Source: an uncultured bacterium
GTDB taxonomy: Bacteria; Verrucomicrobiota; Verrucomicrobiia; Limisphaerales; UBA8199
DNA: 64,000 bases
Reading direction: 5' to 3'
Assembly: GCA_963749495.1 (NCBI GenBank)
Contig: CAVVMW010000007.1
Span: 96,001-160,000, forward strand
Part shown: positions 9,857 to 17,885 of the stretch, one piece after another
Layout: every line of letters starts with the position of its first letter
How positions within the stretch are numbered: the stretch's first letter is position 1
Program-made: the position numbers and the translations under genes
The notes under the pieces: model-generated
The model's database searches: none
Seen by the model: only the letters and a program-made list of their open reading frames with translations
What the model was told of the DNA's origin: nothing

Positions 9857-12800
9857 ATGTCAAAACTGATCTGCTCCAGCGCCATCGAGGGCGCGATCGG
9901 CTGGGTTGCCAGGGCCGAGGCGAAGCTCGATGAAGCCATCGCGGCCAAGGGCGAAGGGTGCGCCGCCGGGTTCCCGGAGACGGCTTATTACCTGCCGGTG
10001 ATTTATTCGTTCACGGGCGAGAAGGCGCGGACGCTGGGGGACCTGCGGGGGATTCTGAGGCGGGCCAAGGCGCTGCTGCCGGAGCGGCCCTCGGACAAGG
10101 TCTGGCTGCCCTACCTGGGCAAGGCGCTGGATGCGGGCGTGGCGGCGCTCTTTGCCTGCGAGGTAATCGAGGCCTGCAAATACGCGGTGGGGCCAAACCC
10201 GGTCGAGGGCATCTGGCTGGGCGCCGCCAGCGACGTCATCATGCGCGAACGCGGCATCGAATTCGTCGATGGCACGGCCCCGGGTTTTGCGGCGGTGACC
10301 GGCGCGGCGCCGACCAATGAGATTGCGGTCAAGCTCGCCCGCGAGCTGCAGCAGAAGAATCTCTACGTTTTCATGGGCGGCTGCACCAATGGCAGGCACT
10401 TCGCCGAGCAACTGGCCCAGGAAGGGGTGCAGCTTGGCTGGCCGACGCGGCTGGTCCCCTTTGGCCGCGATGTGTCGGCCCTGATTTACGCCCTTGGCTT
10501 CGCCAACCGCGCGGCCCTCTCGTTCGGCGGGGTCAAGCCCGGCGATTTCGCCGCCAACCTGAGATACAACAAGAACCGGATCTTCGCCTTCGTGCTGGCC
10601 CTGGGCGAGGTCACGCCCGACAAGTACGCGGCGGCAGCGGGGGCCATCAACTATGGCTTCCCCGTCATCGCGGACACCGACATTCCACAGATCCTCCCGA
10701 CGGGCGTCTGCACCTACGAGCACGTGGTGTCGCGAGTGCCCCATGACACGATGGTCGAGAGGGCCCTGGAGGTGCGCGGGTGCAAGGTCAGGATTGCCAA
10801 GGTGCCCATCCCGGTCCCTTACGGCCCGGCCTTCGAGGGCGAACGGATTCGCAAGGCGGACACGCACGTCGAGTTCGGCGGCAACCGGACCACCGCCTTC
10901 GAGTTTGTGACCATGGCCGACCTGGACCAGATCAAGGATGGCGAGATCGAGGTCATCGGCCCGGACATCGATGCGCTAGAGGCGGAGTCGGCGCTGCCGC
11001 TGGCGATCTGGGTCGAGGCGGCGGGCCGCAAGATGCAGCCGGATTTCGAGCCGATCCTCGAGCGCCAGATCCACCACCTGCTCAACGGCGCGCAAGGCAT
11101 CTGGCACATGGGCCAGCGCGACATCGTCTGGACCCGCGTCTCCAAGAGCGGCTTTGCCAAGGGCCTGCGCCTGCGCCATTACGGCGAAATCCTTCACGCC
11201 AAACTCCTCTCGGACTACCCCGCCATCGTGGACAAGGTCAAGGTCACCCTCATCACGGACGCCCAAGAGGTGCAGCGCCGCCTGATTGTGGCGCGCAAGA
11301 CCTACGACGAACGCAACCGCCGCCTCGAGACCATGACCGACGAGTCGGTCGATACGTTCTATTCCTGCCTGCTTTGCCAGTCGTTTGCCCCCAACCACGT
11401 CTGCGTCATCACCCCGGAGCGGCTCGGCCTGTGCGGCGCCTACAACTGGCTGGACGGCAAGGCCGCTTACGAGATCGACGAGACCGGCCCCAACAAGCCC
11501 ATCCAGAAGGGCCAATGCCTCGACCCGGTGCGCGGGGTCTGGAAAGGGGTCAACGACTATGTCTATCCCAATAGCCACAAGAGCGTTGACTCCTTTTCCG
11601 CCTACTCGATCATGGACCATCCCATGACCAGTTGCGGTTGCTTCGAGGTCATTTGCGCTTATGTCCCCGAGTGCAACGGCGTCATGGCGGTCAATCGGGA
11701 GTTCCTGGGCGACACGCCCGCGGGCATGACCTTCTCGACGCTGGCCGGGAGCGTGGGCGGCGGCCAGCAGACGCCCGGGTTCATGGGCTGCGGCAAGGTG
11801 TTCCTGACCTCCAAAAAATTCCTCCTGGCCGAAGGCGGCCACCGGCGCCTGATCTGGATGCCCAAAGAACTCAAGGCGCTGCTGGCGCAAGACCTAAAGC
11901 AACGCTTCCAGGAACAGGGCGCGCCCGGCCTGCTGGACCGGATCGCCGACGAGACCGTCGCCGCCGACCCCAAACAGATCCGCGCCTTCATGGAGAAGGT
12001 TGGCCACCCGGCGCTGACGATGCCCGATCTGGGCGAGGGAGGAGAGGTTGTGGCCATGGCCCCGGCCGCGGCGCCCGAGAGCCCGGCGGCTCCGGAGACA
12101 AGCGCACCGGGGACGACTGAGCCCGCGACCACTCGCGCGGGCGAGACGCCTGCGCCGCCCCACACGCCCAGCCCCGCCCAGGCGCCTGCGCAACCGCACG
12201 CGCCCACCGCCCACACGCGTCTGGCGGCCCTGACCGCCTTCAAGCCCCGCCAGGAACGCTCTGAAATCCCCGTGTGTACCGTCAAGCTCGGCGCCTTGCA
12301 CACGCAAGCCGGCACGCGCGGACGCATCTGCGTCGTCGGCGGCTCGACCGCGATGCCGTTCCATCTTTGGGAAGGCCGGATGCCTCATCGCCCGCTGGTT
12401 GCCATGGAGGTCTTTGACGCGGTCAGCGAGAAATACCCGCGGGTGCTGCGCGAGATCTATGGCGGCTTGCTCGGCCGCCCGGCCGAGATGGCCAAGGCCT
12501 GTGTCGAGAAATACGGCGCCGATTTGATCAGCGTTCGGCTCGAGGGCACGCACCCGGAGAAAGGAAACCGCTCGCCGGACGAGGCGGTGGCGGTGGTCAA
12601 GTCGGTGCTTGCATCGGTGGATGTGCCGTTGATCGTGACCGGGCACAGCCATTTCGACAGGAACAACCAGGTGCTCAAGGCGGTGGCGGCGGCCTGTGCC
12701 GGGGAGAACCTGCTGCTGAACTGGGTCGAGCAGAATAATTACCGCACCATCGCCGGAGCGGCCTTGGGCTACGGCCATTGCGTCGTGGCCCAAAGCCCGA

Positions 12801-13198
12801 TCGATGTCAACCTGGGCAAGCAGATGAACATTCTGCTGACCAACATGGGTCTCAAGCGCGAGCAGATCGTGATGGACCCCCTGACCGGGGCGATGGGTTA
12901 CGGCATCGAATACACCTATTCGGTGATGGAGCGAATCCGGCTCACCGGGCTGGGCGGCGACCCGATGCTGGCCCAGCCCATGATCGTCTGCCCTGGCCAG
13001 GAGTGCGCCAAGGTCAAGGAGCTGCGCGCCACCCAAAAGGAGATGCCCGATTGGGGTGACCTGGCCCGGCGCGCGGCGCTGTGGGAATTGACCACCGCCA
13101 CCGCCCTGCTTTACGCGGGCGCCGACATCCTGGTCCTGTACCACCCCGAGGCCGTCGCCGCCCTCCACCGCGCCATTGCCCGGCTCATGGACCAATGA
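9857..13198 (+). CDS. acsB/acsD: Acetyl-CoA synthase (AcsB) fused in frame to the corrinoid Fe-S protein small subunit (AcsD)
   Basis: Residues ~1-725 are AcsB with intact A-cluster motifs (YSCLLCQSFAPNHVC..GLCG, PMTSCGCFE, ending HPALTM). A Pro/Ala/Thr-rich linker covers about 12030-12235. The rest is AcsD (VKLGA...VGG..MPF, AMEVFD, SPIDVNLGKQMN, GYGIEYTYSVMERIRL, GADILVLYHP). Confidence 0.95.
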   Translation: MSKLICSSAIEGAIGWVARAEAKLDEAIAAKGEGCAAGFPETAYYLPVIYSFTGEKARTLGDLRGILRRAKALLPERPSDKVWLPYLGKALDAGVAALFACEVIEACKYAVGPNPVEGIWLGAASDVIMRERGIEFVDGTAPGFAAVTGAAPTNEIAVKLARELQQKNLYVFMGGCTNGRHFAEQLAQEGVQLGWPTRLVPFGRDVSALIYALGFANRAALSFGGVKPGDFAANLRYNKNRIFAFVLALGEVTPDKYAAAAGAINYGFPVIADTDIPQILPTGVCTYEHVVSRVPHDTMVERALEVRGCKVRIAKVPIPVPYGPAFEGERIRKADTHVEFGGNRTTAFEFVTMADLDQIKDGEIEVIGPDIDALEAESALPLAIWVEAAGRKMQPDFEPILERQIHHLLNGAQGIWHMGQRDIVWTRVSKSGFAKGLRLRHYGEILHAKLLSDYPAIVDKVKVTLITDAQEVQRRLIVARKTYDERNRRLETMTDESVDTFYSCLLCQSFAPNHVCVITPERLGLCGAYNWLDGKAAYEIDETGPNKPIQKGQCLDPVRGVWKGVNDYVYPNSHKSVDSFSAYSIMDHPMTSCGCFEVICAYVPECNGVMAVNREFLGDTPAGMTFSTLAGSVGGGQQTPGFMGCGKVFLTSKKFLLAEGGHRRLIWMPKELKALLAQDLKQRFQEQGAPGLLDRIADETVAADPKQIRAFMEKVGHPALTMPDLGEGGEVVAMAPAAAPESPAAPETSAPGTTEPATTRAGETPAPPHTPSPAQAPAQPHAPTAHTRLAALTAFKPRQERSEIPVCTVKLGALHTQAGTRGRICVVGGSTAMPFHLWEGRMPHRPLVAMEVFDAVSEKYPRVLREIYGGLLGRPAEMAKACVEKYGADLISVRLEGTHPEKGNRSPDEAVAVVKSVLASVDVPLIVTGHSHFDRNNQVLKAVAAACAGENLLLNWVEQNNYRTIAGAALGYGHCVVAQSPIDVNLGKQMNILLTNMGLKREQIVMDPLTGAMGYGIEYTYSVMERIRLTGLGGDPMLAQPMIVCPGQECAKVKELRATQKEMPDWGDLARRAALWELTTATALLYAGADILVLYHPEAVAALHRAIARLMDQ

Positions 13199-13226
13199 GA
13201 ACCACACCCGCTAGAAAGACGCTCCC

Positions 13227-14579
13227 ATGGCTCTGACCGGACTGCAAATACAGAAACTGCTTCCCGGCACCAACTGCAAGGAGTGCGGCTCCAATACCTG
13301 CCTGGCATTCGCCATGAAGCTGGCGGCCAAAAAGGCCGAACTGGCCCAGTGCCCTTATGCGTCCGAGGAGGCCAAGCGCGTCCTGGGCGCCGCCAGCGAA
13401 CCGCCCGTCCGTTGCGTCGAACTGGGTCCGGACCGCCGGCTCAAGCTGGGCGGCGAGGTGGTGCTCTACCGTCACGAGAAGACCTTTGTGCACCAGACCG
13501 CGCTGGCGCTCAACATTGAGGACACCGAGCCGCCCGCGAGCATCGAGGCCAAACTCAACACCGTCGCCGATTATTGCCTGGAGCGGGTCGGGGAAGAGCT
13601 GCGGTTGGACATGGTGGCTCTGACGCAGCGCGGCGCCGATGCCCGGGGCTTTGCCGAGTTGGCAGCCCGGGCTTACAGCCGGACCAAGCGGCCTCTGGTG
13701 CTGCGCAGTCCGGACGCGGGCGCCCTGGCCTGTGCGGCGGCCGCGGTCCGGGGCAGCCGCAGTCTCCTTTGCGCCCCATCACCCGAGGCGGCCCCCCAAC
13801 TCGCGCGCGTGTCCAAGGAAAACGGCCACGCCCTGGCCCTCACCGCCCCCGACCTGGATCGGCTCATGGCCCTGACGGCGGAGATTAAAGCGCAAGGGTT
13901 CAACGACCTCGTCCTGCAGTTCACCGATTTCTCCCTGGCCGAGCGGTTCCAGACCAACTCGCTGGCGCGCCGCGCCGCGCTCAAGGACGCGCTCAAACCG
14001 CTGGGCTACCCGACGCTGCGCTTCGTGGACTCCGGCAACGTCCTGGACGACACCATCGAGGCGGTCACCGAACTGGCCAAGTACGGCGGCATCTGCGTCC
14101 TGCCCCAATTCGACACGGCGCAGATGGCCGCGCTCATGACCCTGCGCCTGAACCTCTACACCGATCCCCAGAAGCCGATCCAGGTCGAGCCCAAGGCCTA
14201 TTCGATTGGCGAACCCAAGCCGGATTCGCCGGTCTTTGTCACGACCAATTTCTCGCTCACTTACTTCATTGTCTCCGGTGAAATCGAGAACTGCGGCCTG
14301 AGCGCCTGGCTGGTCGTGCCCGAGTGCGAGGGCCTGAGCGTCCTCACCGCCTGGGCGGCCGGCAAGTTCTCCGGGGCCGGCATTGCCAAATTCATCAAGG
14401 GCATCGGCCTGGAGCAGCAGGTGAGCCGCCGCGACCTGGTCATCCCGGGATACGTCGCCCAAATCAGCGGCGAACTCGAAGAGAACCTGCCGGGTTGGAA
14501 GGTCATCGTGGGCCCCCAGGAGGCGGCCGACATCGAGAGCTTTGTCAAAAACCGCCTGCAGGTGACGAATGACGAATGA
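13227..14579 (+). CDS. acsC: Corrinoid iron-sulfur protein large subunit (AcsC/CdhE)
   Basis: LPGTNCKECGSNTCLAFA..CPY [4Fe-4S] motif, YRHEKTF, YTDPQKP, VTTNFSLTYF, SVLTAWAAGKF. Confidence 0.96.
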   Translation: MALTGLQIQKLLPGTNCKECGSNTCLAFAMKLAAKKAELAQCPYASEEAKRVLGAASEPPVRCVELGPDRRLKLGGEVVLYRHEKTFVHQTALALNIEDTEPPASIEAKLNTVADYCLERVGEELRLDMVALTQRGADARGFAELAARAYSRTKRPLVLRSPDAGALACAAAAVRGSRSLLCAPSPEAAPQLARVSKENGHALALTAPDLDRLMALTAEIKAQGFNDLVLQFTDFSLAERFQTNSLARRAALKDALKPLGYPTLRFVDSGNVLDDTIEAVTELAKYGGICVLPQFDTAQMAALMTLRLNLYTDPQKPIQVEPKAYSIGEPKPDSPVFVTTNFSLTYFIVSGEIENCGLSAWLVVPECEGLSVLTAWAAGKFSGAGIAKFIKGIGLEQQVSRRDLVIPGYVAQISGELEENLPGWKVIVGPQEAADIESFVKNRLQVTNDE

Positions 14580-14597
14580 CGAATGACGAATGACGAA
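14563..14597. repeat. (TGACGAA)5 tandem repeat overlapping the acsC stop
   Basis: Encodes the AcsC terminus VTNDE*. Confidence 0.9.
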
Positions 14598-14646
14598 TGC
14601 CTCGGATCTGCAGTGCTCGTCCCTTTTGTCCTCTCCATGAGCCTCC

Positions 14647-14746
14647 GAAGCCCGCAAGGTTTTGGACTGCGGCAGTCCTCTGCCGCTTTCGCATCCCCCG
14701 GACTCCAAAGAGCGGCAGAGGACTGCCGCAGTCCAAAACGCTGCGC
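14647..14746. repeat. REP-like compound palindrome (GTTTTGGACTGCG family)
   Basis: Copy of 5291-5396. Confidence 0.88.
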
Positions 14747-14856
14747 GGCCTCGCAGCCCCTATCCGGTTCATGGTCCCAGCGCATTTGCGCAAGCCGAAG
14801 AGGGCTTTCCATGAGCCCGAACGCTCGTGTTATCAGGATGACCCCAGACCCTAACT

Positions 14857-16767
14857 ATGCCGAACATTGAGTTTCTGCCGTCCGGGAGGAGGGTCCACGT
14901 TGCGCCGGAGACCCGGTTGCTGGATGCGGCCCGGCGGGCGGGCATCGAACTGGAGTCGCCCTGCGGGGGCGAGGGGACTTGCGGCAAGTGCCTGGTGCGG
15001 GTGGCCCGGGGACGGGTCAATTCGCTGAGCCCCGGCCTGTTGCCCGAGGAGGCCATCGCCCAGGGCAAGGTCCTGTCGTGCGTCACGTTTATTCTCGATG
15101 AAGACGTGACGGTCGAGGTGCCGCTGCAAGGCGGACTGGAGGGGGGACAATTCGCACCCGAAAACGAGATGCACCGGGTTAGGCAGGGGCTGTTGCCACG
15201 GCCCGATCAATTCGATCCCGTGGCCGTGAAGCGGTGCCTGCAGGTGGCCCCGCCCGCGGCCGGCAACGGATTGTCGGACCTGGACCGGCTCACCCGCGCC
15301 ATCCAGCAGGAGGCAGGCAAGCAGCCGGTCGAATACGCGGTGGCGATCATGCGGCACGTGGCGGAGGCCTTGCGCGCCGCCCAAGGGCGAGTGACGGCGA
15401 CGCTGTCGCGCTGCCCCGGCCGGGTCGAGGTCATCCGCCTGGAACCGGGCGACACGACCCACCGGCACTATGCCGTGGCGGTGGACGTTGGCACGACGAC
15501 GGTAGCAGTGCAACTGATTGATTTGGCTGCGGCCCAGGTCATGGCCGCGCGCAGCGATTACAACGACCAGGTCGCCTGCGGCCTCGATGTGATCAGCCGC
15601 ATCAATTACGCGCGCAGCCCCGAGCGGCTGGAGGAACTGCGCCGGCGCGTCCTGGGGACCATTCAGCGGCTGATCGGCCAGGCGGCGGCAAGCCAGGGCG
15701 TGGACGCATCCGGCATCTCCAACGCGGCGGTGAGCGGCAACACCGTGATGACTCATTTGCTGCTGGGCCTGAACCCGGAGCACTTGCGCCTGGCCCCCTA
15801 TACGCCGACCCTGCTCGAGGTCCCCCTCCTGCGCGATGCCGAGGTTGGCCTGGGCATCAATCCCCAGGCCCGCATCCATTTCTCCCCGTGCGTGGGCAGC
15901 TACGTCGGCGGCGACATCACCGCCGGAATCCTCTGCACGGACCTGGCCACGGCGTCCGAGGAACTCAACCTGTTCATCGATATCGGCACCAACGGCGAGA
16001 TCGTGCTGGGCAACGCCCGGTTTTTGATGACCTGCGCCTGCTCGGCGGGCCCGGCCTTCGAGGGCGGCGGCATCAAGTGCGGCATGCGCGCCTCGACGGG
16101 CGCCATCGACAAGGTCCGCATCGACCCGGCCACCGGCGTAGCGGCCTGGGACACGGTCGGCAACGCGCCGCCCCGCGGCATCTGCGGCTCCGGGATGATC
16201 GACCTGGTGGCCGGCCTGTTCCGCGCCGGCTGGCTCGATGCCGCCGGCAAGTTCGACCGCGCGCGCCCCTGCCCCGCCATCCGCGCCCAAGGGCGCCGCT
16301 CCACTTATACCCTCGTCCCCGCCGGGCAGAGCGCCGCCGGCAAGCCGATTTTGGTCACGGAACTCGATATCGAAAACATCATCCGCACCAAGGCCTCGGT
16401 CTATTCCGCCTGCGCCCTGATGCTCAAACAGGTGGGGCTGGGCTTTGACGGCCTGCGCCGCGTCTATATCGCAGGCGGGTTCGGCCGGTTCCTGGACCTG
16501 GAAAATGCCACGACGCTGGGCCTGCTGCCCAACCTGCCGCGCGACAAGTTCCACTACCTGGGCAATGCCTCGCTCATGGGCTCTTACATGGTGGCCGTCT
16601 CCCGTGAATTCCAGCAGCGGCAATTGCAACTGGCCCGCCGGATGACCTATCTCGAACTCAACACCGACCCCGCTTACATGGAGCAGTACACCGGCGCCCT
16701 GTTCCTGCCCCACACGGACCCGGCGCGGTTTCCTTCCGTGAGGGCCCGCAGGCGGAATGACGAATGA
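14857..16767 (+). CDS. acsV: ATP-dependent reductive activator of corrinoid protein (AcsV/RACo; 2Fe-2S + ASKHA)
   Basis: CGGEGTCGKC..LSC ferredoxin domain, DVGTTT, DVISRI, GSYVGGDITAG, DIGTNGE, SAGPAFEG, GICGSG, IAGGFG. Confidence 0.94.
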   Translation: MPNIEFLPSGRRVHVAPETRLLDAARRAGIELESPCGGEGTCGKCLVRVARGRVNSLSPGLLPEEAIAQGKVLSCVTFILDEDVTVEVPLQGGLEGGQFAPENEMHRVRQGLLPRPDQFDPVAVKRCLQVAPPAAGNGLSDLDRLTRAIQQEAGKQPVEYAVAIMRHVAEALRAAQGRVTATLSRCPGRVEVIRLEPGDTTHRHYAVAVDVGTTTVAVQLIDLAAAQVMAARSDYNDQVACGLDVISRINYARSPERLEELRRRVLGTIQRLIGQAAASQGVDASGISNAAVSGNTVMTHLLLGLNPEHLRLAPYTPTLLEVPLLRDAEVGLGINPQARIHFSPCVGSYVGGDITAGILCTDLATASEELNLFIDIGTNGEIVLGNARFLMTCACSAGPAFEGGGIKCGMRASTGAIDKVRIDPATGVAAWDTVGNAPPRGICGSGMIDLVAGLFRAGWLDAAGKFDRARPCPAIRAQGRRSTYTLVPAGQSAAGKPILVTELDIENIIRTKASVYSACALMLKQVGLGFDGLRRVYIAGGFGRFLDLENATTLGLLPNLPRDKFHYLGNASLMGSYMVAVSREFQQRQLQLARRMTYLELNTDPAYMEQYTGALFLPHTDPARFPSVRARRRNDE

Positions 16768-16828
16768 CGAATGGATTCCGCAATCCGATTGATAGGAATC
16801 CATAATAGGCGATTGCTCTTGATTCCGC

Positions 16829-16856
16829 TTGACACGTGTATCATTCTTGATACGTT
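16829..16856 (+). promoter_or_regulatory. Sigma70-like promoter with an overlapping palindromic operator for the TA remnant
   Basis: TTGACA (16829-16834), possible -10 TACGTT (16851-16856), palindrome GTATCA-ttct-TGATAC (16838-16853). Confidence 0.6.
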
Positions 16857-16865
16857 AGAACGTGA

Positions 16866-16955
16866 ATGAACTCAGAGCTTCCACGCGCGGTGGTCTTTTT
16901 CCGGACGGAGACCGGCAACGAGCCGGTGCGGGAATGGCTCAAGGTCCAACTATGA
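16866..16955 (+). pseudogene. Truncated HigB/Gp49-like (RelE-fold) toxin; only the N-terminal 29 aa remain
   Basis: MNSELPRAVVFFRTETGNEPVREWLKVQL* matches the F(F/Y)RT..GNEPVREWL start of Gp49-type toxins. ATGA overlap with the antitoxin. Confidence 0.75.
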
Positions 16956-17242
16956 GCCATCGAACCCATCGCGGAAGTGACTTGCGGGAATTCTTGAAGG
17001 AGGAGGGTGTGCTTGAGGAAGTGGAAGCCCGGGCCTTCAAGCGCGCGATTGCCCTGCAGTTGGAGCGCCTGCGCCAGGAGCAGTCGATGAGCAAATCGAC
17101 CTTGGCGGCGCGCATGAACACCAGCCGGGCCGCCGTGGACCGCTTGTTGGACGCCTCGAATCCCTCGTTGACCCTCATTACCCTTGGGAAAGCAGCGCGC
17201 GTCCTAAAACGGAAGCTCAAGGTTGAACTTGTTGCGGCCTGA
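16952..17242 (+). CDS. XRE-family HTH antitoxin (HigA-like)
   Basis: HRGSDLREFLKEEG...SKSTLAARMNTSRAAVDRLLDASNPSLTLITLGKAARVL. Confidence 0.88.
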   Translation: MSHRTHRGSDLREFLKEEGVLEEVEARAFKRAIALQLERLRQEQSMSKSTLAARMNTSRAAVDRLLDASNPSLTLITLGKAARVLKRKLKVELVAA

Positions 17243-17885
17243 AGCGGATCGCTAGTGCCCTGTCCACTAAATCCTTTTAGGGCATGACATTGAAGGGATT
17301 ATGCCAGCTCCACAACGGATTCGGGGGCGAGGGGATTGCGGGCAGAAGCTTATCGAATGGGTCAACCATGGTTCAGCTACCACAAAGCAGCAGAAGGGTG
17401 AGGCAGGGGGGCAAGTTTGGGAAATCCTGCCGGGCGAAACTGGCAACCCTGGAACATCACCAGTCTATTCAGAAGAAGTTGACGCAACCTTCTTCCGGCA
17501 TAGAATACGCTCATGATTTCACACCGAACGGCGTTACTCACCTGGATATACGTCACCACCGCTGTTGCCGGTCACTCGGCCGTCCCGGCGGATTATCAGG
17601 GCAAGCCAAAAGATTGTTCTGGTCAATCTCAGCCAAAGTTGTATGAAGGCACACGGGGAAAGGCGACTTGGGCTTTCTCCAGCATTGGGAATTATGAGCA
17701 ATAATGCTGAGTTTCTTCAAAACTTCTCAGGAGGATTATGATTACACATCGATCGTTTGCGTGGCATCCTCTGGAGCCGACCCACAATCAATTCGTTGTA
17801 GCCCGCGCAGCGGCAATCAATCTGTGGGGGGCGCAAGAACGCAATATATTATCCGTAATCCTGAAACAATCCAACAACAATAGTT

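Noticed and set aside
17290..17880. Riboswitch (for example c-di-GMP) or short ORFs in the long leader of the secreted protein
   Set aside because: There is no convincing match to consensus motifs by eye, and the ORFs lack coding features. An Rfam/Infernal scan would be needed.
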